Origin: Camelus dromedarius | Lineage: Eukaryota | Length of the DNA stretch: 64,000 nucleotides | NCBI RefSeq assembly: GCF_036321535.1 | Contig: NC_087440.1 | Location: 91,264,001 to 91,328,000, forward strand | Reading direction: 5' to 3' | In this document: piece by piece, positions 1 through 14,663 of the stretch | Numbering within the stretch: the first letter of the stretch is position 1 | Layout of the letters: the number at the start of each line of letters is the position of its first letter | Notes under the pieces: model-generated | Databases searched by the model: none | Seen by the model: only the letters and a program-made list of their open reading frames with translations | What the model was told of the DNA's origin: nothing | Translations under genes and position numbers: made by a program

Positions 1-614
1 CCTGGGGTGGGGAGTGTATCTCCCTGGGTGTCAGGGTCACGGTCTGACTGCTTGGACAAGTAGCTGTTGTAACACTAAAAATCCAGGCCCAGCTCATTCC
101 TGTGTCACAACGGCTTAAGCTACAGTCATTTCAGTGTCAAGTTCATCGTTGCAGTGAGTATTTTAGGTAACAAGATGCCATCTCGCCCCCTCCTGCGTTT
201 TACTCCTTGAGCAGAGAGGCTGCTGAGGCACATGCGGGTTAATGTGTCCCTGGTGCTTGGTTTCGCAGCGTATTTTCTGTAGTGAGGACTCAAGCACTTA
301 CACTAAAGAGGTTTTACTGTCTTGAAAATTCCTTCCAAGCTAGAGTGTAACTATTGTCTGGTCATTGCATCATAAATGAACATTAGAGTGCTACCAGTCA
401 GTGCTTAGATTTCTAAGTTGCTTGTCATTTTATCTTTACTAAGAACAGAAAGGCTGCTGTAGCCCAGATTTACGAAGTCGGCCGTGTCAGGTGCCGGGTG
501 AAGCGCTGAATGCGCTCTCTGTTAACAGCTTTCGTGAGATGTGCCTTACGTGCCACGTAACACACCCACTTAACACGTACCACTGCGTGGCTTTGGGTGT
601 ATCATGCTGCTGCT

Positions 615-1400
615 TAAATGTGGTGAAATATCCTGTGTAACGTAAGCTTTACTGTTTTAAGTGTACGATTCATCAGCATTAATTACATTCATAACATGCA
701 GCTGTCCCCACTGTTTCTAAGACTTGGTCATTGCCCCGAACAGCAACTCTGTCTCTGTTAAGTTCTAGCCCCCCCTGCCCCCCTGCCTGCCCACCAGTGG
801 CCTCTCAGGTCCTTTCTGTCTCTGAATCTTACCGGGGACCTACGTGAGTGGGATCTACACGATCTGTCCTTTTTGTGACTGGCTCATTTCACTCAGCACA
901 ACGTCCTCAGGGTCCACGCGTTTCGCCCCGTGTGCCGGAACGTCGTTTCTTGCTATGACTGAACAGTATCCCATCGTGCGGGGCCCCATTTGGGCTGTCC
1001 TGAGTGGTACTGTATGAGCACGTGTGTGCAGATGTTCCTTTATGTCCCTGCTCTCCGTTCCTTTGGGTGTGTACCCAGGAGTGGGACTGCCGAGTCGTGT
1101 GTGTGGTAGCTCTGTGCTAGCTTTTCGAGGAAGTGCGGACGGGTTCCCGCAGCAGCCGCAGCACCTCGCACCCGCAGCCGCGGTGCACAGGGCTTCCAGC
1201 GCCCCCACCCTCGCCGGCACTTGCTGTTTTCCATGTGTCTGGCGACGGCTGTGCTAGTGAGTGTGGAGTGGCCACTCCCTGTGGGTTTTGACTTGCAGTT
1301 CCCCAGTCACTGGTGGTGTTGGGCATCTGTACATGTGTGTGTCAGCCATTTGTGTTTCTTCTTTGGAGAAATATCTTTAAATTCATTTTTTAATTGAGTT
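615..1400 (-). mobile_element. Old L1 (L1MB-like) 3' UTR/ORF2-end fragment, GC-shifted
   Basis: Antisense L1 landmarks: gactggctcatttcactcagcacaacgtcctcagggtcca; tttgggtgtgtacccaggagtgggactgc; gccatttgtgtttcttctttggagaaatatct. Confidence 0.8.
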
Positions 1401-2880
1401 TTCTTTAATCAAGTAAAAACAGAGCCAGTAACAAAGCAAAAAGTATTAGGTGCCAGTTTAAATGTTTGAACACTCTTTTAAAAGTCGTTGTTGGACTAGA
1501 AAAGGTAAATACTGTTAATTCCTGAGTCTTCCCTCCCCTTCATAGTTTTTCACAGTTTTCTTGTGAGATGGTAATTTTTATAGTAAAAAAAAAAGAAATT
1601 CTTAATATTGTATTCTTGAATTAAACTGCTTCTGATCTCTGCTTTCTTTTGAGCTTTTAAATTCTCCATGTGGGTCTCCCCATCTCACCCACAAATTCAG
1701 GGAAAGCCTGAAAGCCCCTGGTCCCATCCCTCAGCTACTGCCATGGAGGTGACCGGGGCTGCCCTGCACCCTCCCTGGGGTCTCCTCCTGTCCAGCATTC
1801 TGGAATCCCCCAAGGAGATGCACCACGTCTTCAGACCTCAGGGTCACACACAGTGTTTACTCCAGCCTGGGGTGAGGGTATGTTATTTTATCCTCCTTGA
1901 CTAAACTGAAGACACATTCAGATAGGGAAAGAAAAATGACGTGGCACGGATAAGAAACAAAAAGCCTTTTGAGCATCTCTCCAGTGGTGACATGTCCTGA
2001 GTCCTATCTGTATTTGAAGGCCTTCTCCAAGCGGAAGGGTGAGAGTTTTCACTGGAGAAAGTACCATGTGAAGAAATCCTAACACGCACGCCGCCCTTTT
2101 CCTGCTTCAATAATAAAAAGGGGGAGAAAAATACAGAAAGAGGAGTGTGCGGTTTTCTTCCACGATTTTTCTCTGTGCGTATTTCTCATACTCTCCAGAG
2201 GCTGGAGAGTTCGCCGAGCATCACTCTGCCTTCGCCACAGACTAGGGCTCCTCCCGCCGGCCACCCCTGCGCGTCCCTGTCCCCGCCGTGTCCTTGGGAG
2301 CCTCGTCCTAGTGCCGCTCCGGCCTGGCCCAGGAGCGAGCCCAGCTCCTCTCTTTCAGCTGAAAGTGGCCTGAAGGCTGATAAAGCATATGAATCCGCAT
2401 TCATGCAGCTAATACAGCTTTGCAGGAGCGAGAGCCTCTAACTGCAGTTGTCTGAAAGAAGGCAGGAGACGGTGTACTGGCTTTGCTTGGGCCCTTCTGG
2501 CTGAAATAGTAGGCAGAGGTCTCTGACTTCGCACGAGCAAAAAGCTGCTTCAAGCCCCCACACACCCATCCTCAGTATTTCCACCCAGAACCGCTTCGTT
2601 TCTTAGTTTCCTGTAACCCAGATAATACACTAGGACTCTTGACCACAGGAGGATTTCATTTTCTGTGCATTAAAAATATTCAGACCCTGGCCTCAGTAAA
2701 TCCCTTCCTTTGAAATTCACGTACCATGAAAATTCAACGGCCAGTTTGTCTCACTTGGGCGTAGAGCACATGTCGCGTGAGACAGTGGTGTAAACACCAG
2801 GGAGGGAGCTCAGCGTCCGCGTGTGTCCCGCAGCTCTGCACCCATGGCGCCCCCGAGTCAGTGCGTGTTTGGCTCTGGAG

Positions 2881-2991
2881 TTTTTGTTTTATTTATGTAT
2901 TTTTTTTTCTTAATGGAGGTACTGGGGGTTGAACCCAAGACCTGGAGCATGCTGAGCCCACGCTCTACCGTGGAGCTATATCCTTCCCTCA
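2881..2991 (-). mobile_element. Camelid tRNA-Ala-derived SINE (vic-1-like)
   Basis: taatggaggtactgggggttgaacccaagacc...gctctaccgtggagctata with T-rich tail. TSD ggctctggag (2871-2880) / ggctcaggag (2992-3001). Confidence 0.85.
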
Positions 2992-5043
2992 GGCTCAGGA
3001 GATTTTAAAGTCTGCTCCATTTAAGAGACGTTTGTTGCTCCCATTTATAATCTGTGATTAATATTTTTATTTGAAACCTGTACAGTGCTTTCTGGTCATG
3101 GGGAGCATGTGCACTGTTGTTATAAGAGGGTCAGAAGCTCATCAAAGAGCAGAGGGAGGTAAAATCATCTTCCGCTCCGGCCCACCTGTCTTGTTAAGGG
3201 GACGGAGTTTCACCCGTGGCCTGGTGGGAGCTCTTTTCCCTGGTATTCCAAGACCTCCAGGATGGAGCGGGGCTCCCCAGGGTGCCTGGCGGGGCTGCCT
3301 GCCCTCCCCAGCCCTCTCCAGGGGGCGGGCAGCCCATTGAGTTCCCCCAGGAAAGCTCAGGGTCGTGCCCCCAGCAGCCAGCAACGTGGTTGGCTCAGAT
3401 GAGCACCCCCAGCAGACACCCACTTGTGCAAAATGCCTCTGTCACCCACAGAAGCCTGAGACGGTTGGGGATTGGTCATAGGTCACTCCAGACAGCATGC
3501 AGAGTTAGCCCAGCACGTGACACCGATACCGGAAGTAATCCCTTTCCAGAGACACGAACAGCTGCATCAGTTGGTCCTGTAGCTCACAAGTTAACGTATT
3601 TCTTCTAATAAAACTCCATTTGCCAAATGACAAGGAATGAGAGACCTGTGAAGCGATTTGCCTCTGCTCTCTCTTAGCAGTGGTTTCAGAACGCAGAGTA
3701 TAGTAGACACTCGTGTCTGTTACATGATTTTAGCAAAAAGTAGGAGGAAAATCATTAAATGATGCATTTTTTAAAATAATTCCTTTTTAAAGACATTTGT
3801 GTTTTAAATTTTTACATCATACTTCCAAACTCAGAGCACTTTTTAAATAAATTTTGGAGTTTTATAAAGTGTAATAATATCATAAAAGATTATCCAGGAG
3901 CCTAAAGACCAAAAGCATCAAAAGCAGTTTGCTATAAACAGATATTGTTCAAAAGCCCCTTGTTTTTAACCACGTGAGGGCTAACAGGCCGGCCTGTAAG
4001 CAGAGTGGTGTGATCTGCGGGGCTGGAGGCGACCACCGAGTGGGGACCACCAGCCCACCCAAGAGTCGGGAGTTCGCGGTGACGTGTGCCGCAGTCCTGC
4101 TGCTTGGCCGGTGGTGGTTCCAGACATCGCTGCGACAAGGCTCAGCGGCTGCTCTGAGTGCCAGGTGGCCGTTGTGGTTACGTGTGCAAGTGTGTGTGTG
4201 CTTTACGTACCCGCACAGAAGTGTTTGGATCGTTGTGCTGGCTTAGACTTAAGGTAGCTCCAGTCTAGGAGAAGTTCTAATCTGCATTCCAAATCTGGTG
4301 TTTGGGGTGAACAGCCTTTACTGATTTGGTTGTGGGAGGAAGTCTGGGGGCTGCAGGAACATGGTAAAGAAAGGCAGAGACTCATGGTCTGCGGTGTGAC
4401 GGGCCAGGAACAGGACGCCCGGCGCTCACCCCTAGGAGCTGTGGCCGCCCGGCTGGACGTGCCTCACAGGGATGGGGGGTCCTAGCTGGGGCCGGGCTGC
4501 CACCCACTCACTGCCGGCTGGCTCTCCTCAGGCCCCTGCATGGGTTTAGTAACAGTGTCTTCTCGGCAGCCCCTCTTTGAGGAGGGCTCGGGGGCACCAG
4601 CCACGCCACGCACAGGGGGTTTGCCACCAACATCAGTTGGCTTTACGTCTCTCTTTTGGGTGTGTTTTAGCACAATTGAAAGCACTGTGTGCACACACAC
4701 TCTGTGTGTGTGGGTGTGTGAACACACCTGAGCGGCCGGTTAGCCTGAGAGAGAAGCAGAGTGTGCGGTGCGCGTGTGCCGCCAGCCCGCGCCGCAGAGC
4801 CAGCCCGCGCCGGGGCGCATGTGGACCCTCACCTCTGTGTCTCTCCGCTCGTCCTGTTCTCTCCGAGCTCGCCTAGCTGCCTTTTTCCTGTCTTTTTTTT
4901 TTTTTTTTAAAGAAACTGACTCTCACTGAAATTGTGGTTCGTCAGAGGGGATCACGTAAATTAAAATTGTGGTTCTGAAGCACACAGTATTAGGCCTACC
5001 TCTCTAATTAAAAAAAAACCCAAACCCACGTCCTAATTACTGA

Positions 5044-5403
<360 letters not shown>

Positions 5404-5504
5404 TAACCTGGCGGCCTCCGCTGCCCCCGGGTTACTCACTCTGCTGTCATCTCACGCCCCTCCCCGGGGACCCTCTGCGCAGACATGCTCCACCACCACT
5501 GACT

Positions 5505-5601
5505 ATTTTGTTTTATTATTATCATTATTAATGGCAGTGCTAGGGATGGAACCCAGGACCTCCTGCATGCTAAGCATGTGCTCTACCACTGAGCTATCCC
5601 C
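5505..5601 (-). mobile_element. vic-1-like SINE
   Basis: taatggcagtgctagggatggaacccaggacctcctgcatgctaagcatgtgctctaccactgagctatccc with (tta)n tail. Confidence 0.85.
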
Positions 5602-6023
5602 TCCCCGTACCACCAGTTTTAAATCAAAGCCACGTTTCCACACACTCCCTCCCTACCCTGCTGCTGTTCGCCACAGGACTTAGCACTTACAAGTCAAACA
5701 GCCCGCCCATCACTTGGGTAGCCATGGAGTGTAAGCTCCACAGAGACATGGAGGTCTGCCTCTCCTGGTTCACTGCGGAACCCTCGGCCAGGCGGCACTG
5801 CCTGTGGTGTAGACACCTAACAGGCAGGTGGGGGATGGTTGGGGAGGATAGCTTGCGGCAGGGGCGGGTGAGCTCATCTGGCTTGTCCCTCGGCATCCAG
5901 CCCACGTCCAGCAGAGATGTTTGCTGGAGTCGTGGATAAATGAGTGATCGTGATCTTGACACACAAGAGGTCATCTGCCTCTTTGCTGAAGACCCTTCAA
6001 GGTTACAGTCTAGGGTACTTTGA

Positions 6024-6272
<249 letters not shown>

Positions 6273-6823
6273 TAAGGCCCAGCAGCCGCGTCGGGCTGTG
6301 CACTCAGGGGCTTGCCATGTTCTGCTGGTGCGCCGGTTAGGGCTGAGTGTGAGTCTGGATGTCAGTTAGAGCACTGACTTCTCCGTGGGCTGCAGTCAGG
6401 CAGGAGTGTGCATTGTGTCTTGGCCTCTTGTTTGCCTCCTCACCTGGGTCAGGCCGCTCTGGGCATGTTGCCTCACTCCCAAATCCTGGCCCCGGCCCCT
6501 CTTAAGTTCCCTCCAGAGTCGTGGAAGGTCACCGCACGTCCTCGGGGCTCAGTGAGGAAGAGTGAGAGGAAGCTGACATTTGTAGGAAGAAAAGGTTTCC
6601 GTTGTTGTCCGCTATGTAATCAAGTTTGCCTTAACCGTGTTCATTCGAGTCTCAGCATTTTTTATTCGTTTTCTGAGTAGGGTGGCTTTGGGCTGCCACA
6701 GCCAGCCCGCCAGCGCTGGGCTCGGCGGACGGTGTGGCCGTCTCTAGGAAAACGAACGAGTCAGAAGTAACAGGCGTTACCTCTAAGGCTCGGGAGGCTC
6801 GCGAGGTGCAGGCAGGCTGTTGA

Positions 6824-7015
<192 letters not shown>

Positions 7016-7689
7016 TGAGTCGCTCCTTTCAGAAGTTATTCTTTCAAGGATTTTTTCCCCCTGAGTCCTGAATAAAGCTCTCCCATCGGTTTGCCCTAAA
7101 AACTAATTCTTCACTTTAAAGCAAAATCAGCCCTTCCATACTTGGAAAGCCAATGGAACCTTTGTGACGAGAACTTATTTTCAAAGAGCACGTGTTCCAA
7201 GTCAGCGCTTCTCTCCATGGTGCTGCTGGCTTCGTCAGCGCTGCAGAAGGCGCATGTGTTGTCAGGAATTGAACTTTCAGGCTTTTTGCACCTCAGGATA
7301 CTTAAAGGCAATAATGTGTAGTCATGTTTCATGTCGATAAGGCAGGAATTTGGATTTGTCCTGTAAGGTTCCTATGAGAGAGCAGGAGTCTCCATCCAGC
7401 GTGGCTTCACTGTTCTCATTTGTCCATCTCCATGAAGACAGGCCTCCTCCAGAGTCTGGCACCCGAGTCCTGCACAAAATCAGGGCCCTGCTTTCAGGCT
7501 GTGCGGGATCCTTCTAGATGACTGACCCTGGGCTGTGCTGAGCCGTGTGACTCATTAATGATCAGAATCACGCCCTCAGGGTCCATATGGACTACACAGA
7601 GTCGATTCTGTGCTGGTCACTTGAAGCTGCCTGGGGTGGACGAGCCACACGATGTAGGTCAGGTCACAGCACATGTGTGACGAGGGCCA

Positions 7690-7860
7690 TGCCCATTCCT
7701 TACACAGCATGTGCTGACCTAGATGCCAGGCCCGTTTTAGGTTCTGGCAACACAACAAACAAACAGAAATCCTTGCACTCATGGGGCTGACATTCTAGGC
7801 AGCATGGAGAGCTGATACAGTGAAGCATGGGTGACAAGGAGAGTGTGAGAGACCACGGCA
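7690..7860 (-). mobile_element. L2 3' fragment
   Basis: Degenerate antisense L2 end (tgctgacctagatgccaggcc...ccttgcactcatggggctgacattctagg). Confidence 0.5.
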
Positions 7861-8439
7861 GGTCTAGAGCGGGGGCGTCGGAGCCGCTCGGTGACCTCAT
7901 TCCACCTGCCGGTGGCCTGGCCCGTTACCGCCCCCGCCAACTGCAGGGTTCAGACATGAGGCAGTGACCACCGGGCCTTTCTGATGGCAGGACCTCCCTC
8001 ATGGAACATCACACTCTGAAAGGGACCTTAAAGATCATTTGCACTTCTGGATTTTAAAAAAAAGAGTTGGGTCCATGATAAGTGAGTCACTGCAGGTCAC
8101 GTGCCTCACTGGCGAGGCTCTGACAGCCGGGCCCCGTGGGCTGCGCCTTGTCCAGATGCCAGCGCCGGGACTTCTGTTCCCCTGGTCCCTTCCCACTGCG
8201 GAGTCGGCTCACTTTCCCTGGACGCGCAGCCTTCCCGTCCAGGTGATGTGCGTCCTGTGACAAAGCAGGAAAACGAGGGAGGAGGGGACAGAGACGCACT
8301 CGTTCTGGTGCTCCTGAGAACAGATTCCTGGGCCGGCCGCAGTCTTGCCATCTTTATATTTTTAACTCTTTTCTCTAAGTCCTGGCTGCTTTTTTTCTTT
8401 TTTTTTTTCCTGTTACATACCTTGCTTTTTTGTTGTTTT

Positions 8440-8919
<480 letters not shown>

Positions 8920-9020
8920 ACACGTCTGGGGTGTGACTTGACTGGTTTATGAGACAGGATGTGGCCCCCTCGTGGCCGGGGAGGGTTGGCCTCACTGACG
9001 TTGTGAATGAAAACACCTGC

Positions 9021-9026
9021 AATAAA
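9021..9026 (+). terminator. PPP2R5C: Intronic poly(A) signal for the gamma1 isoform
   Basis: AATAAA ~100 nt after the gamma1 stop, followed by T/GT-rich sequence. Confidence 0.75.
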
Positions 9027-12000
9027 ACACTTCCCAGCTTTTGTACAAGTGCTTCCTTTGCCCCACACAGTTTTTACCAAGAATTGACATCGTTTTTCTG
9101 CTTTTTAAGTGAGATATGAACCTTACGAACGTGCTGTGGTAAAAAGACCGCCAGGACGCAGCCTCTGGTGTGGGCCAAGATGGTCGTTTGCTCTCTCACT
9201 CGCTCGCTCTCTGTCTCTGTCTCTCTCTCTCGAATGTCATAGCTGCTCTAGCTCAAACGATGTTTTCCTTTTTTTTCATATCAAATTACTTCTAAAAGGA
9301 AAGCAGTGAGATCTGGAATAGATTAAGGATGAAGTGGATGTCCTCTGTCCTAAAACGAGGACTCTGTGGGCCGCGCCTTTTGTCACTAAAAACTGACCCC
9401 TGCCCTGTTAGCACCTGACTTCCCCCCTACCCCATCCCGGGCCGCCCAGCAGGTGGGCGCGAGGCCGTGTCCCCTGGAGCTGCGAGCAGCGGGGTAGGGG
9501 GCCGCATAACAGGCGGCCAGGGCCCGGGGGCTTTGAGCTGCGGTCTCGCGGGGCTGCGTGGTTGGAGCCTAGTCCAGGCAGACGTTCTCTGGTGCTGTGG
9601 GCCCGTCTGAGCGTCGCTGAGAACCGTCTTTGTGAGTCTTTGCCACACTAAGAACTCTCAGGCTGTCCTCAGCTCCCCAGAAGAGATTTTACTCCCTGAG
9701 GTTGAGCAGCGCAAGCCAGATCACGAGCGGCTGTCGATTTCCCTCGCTGAGAGGTGTTGTGCGTCATCATCTCAGCTGCCCCACAGGCTTCCGGTCTCTC
9801 TGGCATTTAATAAAAACCGATCATGAGCACAGAGTTGAAAGTACGTGTTTCACCTGCATGATAACATATCGGTATGTGTTCCCTTTGATAAAACTACACT
9901 CGAGACAAAGTGTGGGAAACTGACATCCTTAAGTGTATGTCCTCAATTTCTCCTGAAACAAGTAACTGGCATTTCTCTAGTCCTTTTTATTCCACGCTCT
10001 TACATACAAGTGGTATTTTAAGATCACTGTGAAACTGTAGTAGTTAATTTACGTAGAGAGCTGTGGGTATATACTTTCAAGAACAGAATTCACGTTGAAA
10101 GTGAGGTGAAAATACAGACGTTTGTTGGAAAACGCAGTGAAACCGTCCATCTGGGGCGCTGTGGGCAGATGGGCTGCCTTGGGCCCAGGCTGTCTTGTTC
10201 TGTCCTGGTGGCCGTGCCAGGGGCCCCGTCACCCCCCCCCCCCCCCCCCGCAAAGTCAGCTCCCTTGAGAAGTCTGTAAAACATACCCAGACCAGAGGGC
10301 CTGATTTTATCTATTTTACTAGAACGTGGGAACAACGTTGTGGAACATGGCATCAAACTTTACACTGCAAACAAAGAAGGGCTGGCTGGTGGTTCTGGCA
10401 GGCGTGGCCTGGCCTCACTGCTGTGTGCTGCGCTGCAGCAGACGTTCCTTCCAGTACACATCGCCCTTGCCTCCCCTCTTCTGAACTTTTCCTGCACGTT
10501 CTTACATCCCGTCCTTGTTGCTTTGGCTGTTCTGTTTCCCGGGTCTCGAGTGGCGGCGCAGGTGGGTGGGTCCTGCCTGCGCGTGCCCCTGCGTTGTGTG
10601 CGCTGCTCGGGTCCCTCATGTCTGTGTCGAAACCACCTGTGACTCAACCCCAGCGGGTCCCGGCCGCCCGCCCGGCTGCGGTGCGCTGGCCGGGACAGAA
10701 AACACTTCCTGGGCTGCCGTCTTGGGGCTGGAACTTAGGGCCTTGGTACTTGCCGTCCGTTCTCTCCAGGGAAACTTTTCTGAATTCTAGTCACTGCTTG
10801 CCACTTACAGCAGCAAAAGGTGAATAATCCTGTGGGTGATACCGTTTGCTTCCTGTTTCTGTAACGAAAACACGCAGTTGGACTTTGGAGGCTTGGTTCT
10901 CCGCGTCAGATTCGCCTTCGTGAGAGATGATTAGGTAGCTTCCTTCTTTCAGGTGGGTTCCAGGGCCTCACTCCTGTTCACCGGCGTGTGGCTGGAGGCC
11001 CTCCTGCCGACAGCCCTCCGGCCCCACACCCCAGGGCTTTCGCCCTGGGGGACGGGAGGGTCGGCCCGCGCCGCCTGCTGGGGCCCGGCGCGCTCCGGCC
11101 CTTCAGGAGTCCGCGTGCGCACTTCAGCAGCTCTGGCCGCGACGGTTGGGCTTTTTTAATGTCAGGCATGATTTAGTGTTTCTAAGTCGTGAGACACTGA
11201 GGATTTCTAACGTAACTGTGTGTTTCCTGGTCCACCAAAGGAGCCATGTGACACTTCCACTCCCGTCTCCCTCCATGGGGACCACGTGAAGACTAGGCAC
11301 CACTGCGTACTTGACGTGTGGCCCTGGCTCAGCGTTTCTGTCCCCTTGCAGTGACGAGACAACACCGTAGGCGGCCCAGGGCACAGAGTCCGGCCACCAC
11401 CTCCCCCAGGAGGGGAGCCTCGCTGGGGAAGGAAGTGGGTGCTCCTTCACCTGCTGTGAACTCAGCCTCCAAGAAGGTTTTTACTCCTGGTCTGACTCCG
11501 CTGCCCGGGCTGTTGGCAACGTGATGTCCCGCAGACACTTTGTACCATCCTCGTTCGTGCTTCCTTTGCCCGGAGCCCCAGCAGGGACTAAAGCCCCGGC
11601 CACTCTCAGCCCGGTGGGTTCTATGGAGAGCTTGGTTTTCTCTTGGCGTGGCCAAAAGCTGGCAGGCTGGTTGAAGCCACCCCTGCACCACCTTATGAGA
11701 GCTGCGGTGATGGTGCCTCTGTCTGCCCCTCCCGACCCTGGCTGAGCCCCTGAGGACGAGGCGCCGTGCACGCCCCCAGCTCCCTGTGTTCAGCGGGCAG
11801 CCACGCCTCTGGGCAGATGGGTCCCGATCTTGGAACTTTCCCAGGATTCAGAGATGAGGCACAGCCCCCGGCCTCAGGGAGCTGGCCGTCCAGGAGGGGA
11901 GCCAGGTGGAGGCCAAGAGAATTCAATCCACACAGTCAGGTGACGGCACACACTCGAGGGATGTGCTGGCGGGAGGCCGGGTCCTGCCTTTAGAGTCACG

Positions 12001-13688
12001 GGAAGGAGCGCTGGGGCTGTGGGCTGGCCTTGGCGAGGTATCGCCACTCACCGGGACCTGTTGAGGGGCCGCCCCTGCAGTCTCCACTGTGGGGGGCTAA
12101 CCAGCCAGGGGGTTGGGGCAGAGAAGGGAGAAGGGAGGCCGGGCTGTTGGGGAGAGAGTCTCAGTCCTGGGGGCTGGGTGTGGTGTTAGAGGGAAGCTGG
12201 GGAGAGAGTGGAGACATGGACTTTACTCCCAAAACCATACGGGTGTACAGCATCACCCAGAGCAGTGGCCCCGTCGTGCATTTCGGGTAAGCTCTTCGGG
12301 GCCCGCCCGTTTCTTGTAGAAACATAGGGAAACCTGCTGCCAGGCAGGGCTGATGGAAAAGGTAGGCGGAGGGCGCCAGGGGAGCTGGGTGCCTATCCAT
12401 GCTGAGTCAGGGGTGCGGCTCCCGCAAGTGATCAGCCCATTTCTGAGGACGGTGAAGAGTCTGGGCTAGGGTCGGGGACCCACAGGAGAGGGTGGCAGAG
12501 GGGAGAGGAGCCAGGATGGCAGGAGGTGGGGGAGGAGCCAGGAGAGGCCAGCATCACAGAGGCTGGGGACGGTGCAGCTTGGGGACAGTTGTGTTCACTC
12601 CATGGTGCAGGAGAGGTCCAGGAGGATGAGACCCAAAACAGCTTAGCAACTGAGAGGTCATAGCCTGGTGCCCGCGGTCCCACATAGAGGCCAGAGCCCG
12701 AAGCAGGCGGTGACGAGCCAAGAGGTTGGGAGGAGACAGCTGCTCTTCCTGGACGCTTGCCTGGTGGAGGGGGTCACAGTGGACAGGACACCCTCCCACT
12801 GAGGCAGGAGGGTACCAGGGAGGCATGTGGGGTCAGTGGCGGTGGGGGAGGGGGGACGAGGCTGCCAGCTCTGAGTCCCATCTATCCCGTTCCTGGCCTG
12901 GGGCCTCGTCTGGGAGCCCATTAGGTGCCTGACCCGTCTGTGCCTCAGTCCTCCTGTTGGTCGAGTGCAGTCATAGCACACACTTTATAGGTTGGTTGCA
13001 AGATGTGTGGAGTACTTGGAATAGTGGCCGGCTGGTGGCAGGCATGGAGTGGATGCTGAGCACCGCAGGCTGTCAGGCCACCACGTGCACCTTAGCCCAT
13101 TTTAACCATCACAGCTGCCTCTGAAGTGATCTCCCGGTGTCACCTTGGGGAGAACAAAGCCAGAAATCTCTCCTGCTCACGCAGAACCTGACTGGCCCCG
13201 GGGAGTGGGGAGCAGAGGGGACCCCACCGACTTGTGGGCGCATCAGTTCCCCAGATGGGCCAGCAGTTTGGGATGTGAGCAGTTTGGGATGAGAGCAAAG
13301 AGAGTGTAGATGAAGGGTGTAATGGGTGATGCGGTTTAAGCAAGTCTCAAAGTGGAGAGCAGGAGCGAGTGGTGGAGTGGAGGAGAGGGAAAGGCTGTGC
13401 GCCAAGGTGGGAGGTGGCAGTTTCCACGGGGAGCAGACCCTGTGACCAAATCAAGGGCGGGGTGTTGCCTGCTGAGAGGCCAGCCCTGCTGTCCCTGCCC
13501 GAGGGCCCAGGGCTCTGGTTGTCTGGAGACCACAGGGCCCACGATGTAGGCCAGCACCTTTCCCATCACAGGCTTTCTTCAGGAGGGGCCCCGGGGAGGG
13601 CGTTGGTGGGGACCCCTGCCGGCCAGGACAAGCCCTGGAGCTGAGCCCCGGGCGCTGACCAAGAGTGACTCCGCGCTTTGCATTGCAG

Positions 13689-13805
13689 TACGCGGTGTAT
13701 AGCCAGGCCAGCACCGTGAGCGTGCCCGTGGCAATGGACACAGATGGGCCTTTGTTTGAAGATGTGCAGATGCTGAGAAAGACAGTGAACGAAGAGTCTC
13801 GCCAG
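13689..13805 (+). CDS. PPP2R5C: PPP2R5C gamma3-specific cassette exon ([39 protein letters not shown])
   Basis: cattgcag| acceptor and |gtaacc donor; 117 bp = 39 aa, matching the known gamma3-versus-gamma2 difference. Confidence 0.95.
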
Positions 13806-14663
13806 GTAACCGTGCACACAGCCCCTTGGGGCCCACGGGGCCCCATAGAGGTTTGCTTAAGACATGCGTGTGGCTCCAGTGATGACAGACACCATGCCTC
13901 CGTGTCAGCCACAGCGAAGACGTACGGTCACCTGCCAGGAAGTGCTATCCATGCATCTTAGGGACCACATCAGTAGGAACAGGTTTTAAGGATGAAGTGT
14001 GTGCCTGCAGGTGTCTCTTCGGTTATTTTCACAGCAGCGGCCCCAGGTCTTAACTGTTCCTGACATGTTAGCCAGAGCAAAAACTCAGGTTTGCAGCTGC
14101 GTCTTCCCTCTGGGCCCCTCTGCACCCCTCTGACTTCTGCTCTGGCCCTTCTACTCCACAGGGTGACTGACTGCCAGTCCCAGGCCCCAGGACCCCAGGC
14201 AGAGCCCTGGCCCTGCCCACAGCTGGGTCGCGCAGCCTCTCGCACTGTGGTAGGGCCAGGGCTCTGTCAGGACCCTCCTTGTTTCCCCTTTGTGGAAATA
14301 CACATTAGGATCACCACTGATCTAAAGAAAGTCTCCTGTCACTAAACTGGGAATGTATTCGATTTAGGCTTCACAGAGGGTAGTGTACGGAGCTCTGCCC
14401 AAGGGAGGACCCTTGTGCTGTGCGCCCCTGAGCGCACCCGTTCTCAGTCCACGCAGACTGTGTAGTGCTGGCTGGATTTGGGGACGTGGCCCTTTCTGAC
14501 TCTGAAACTTTAATCCCCTTTGAGCTGTGGAAAGGTTCTGAAAGACGTCCAGCGCTACAGCCCCGAAATGTAACAGGTTAGAGAGGCCAGAGTCCTGCTG
14601 CAGGTTGAGTGCAGAGGGGTCATAGATGGTCGCGTCGTTCTGAGCTCAGTTAAACAGAGAGAG

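Noticed and set aside
10878-10934. Possible 57-bp poison exon (cag|ttggac...gattag|gtagct) ending in a stop
   Set aside because: The pyrimidine tract is interrupted and the donor is mediocre. Such pairs arise by chance in a 4.8-kb intron.
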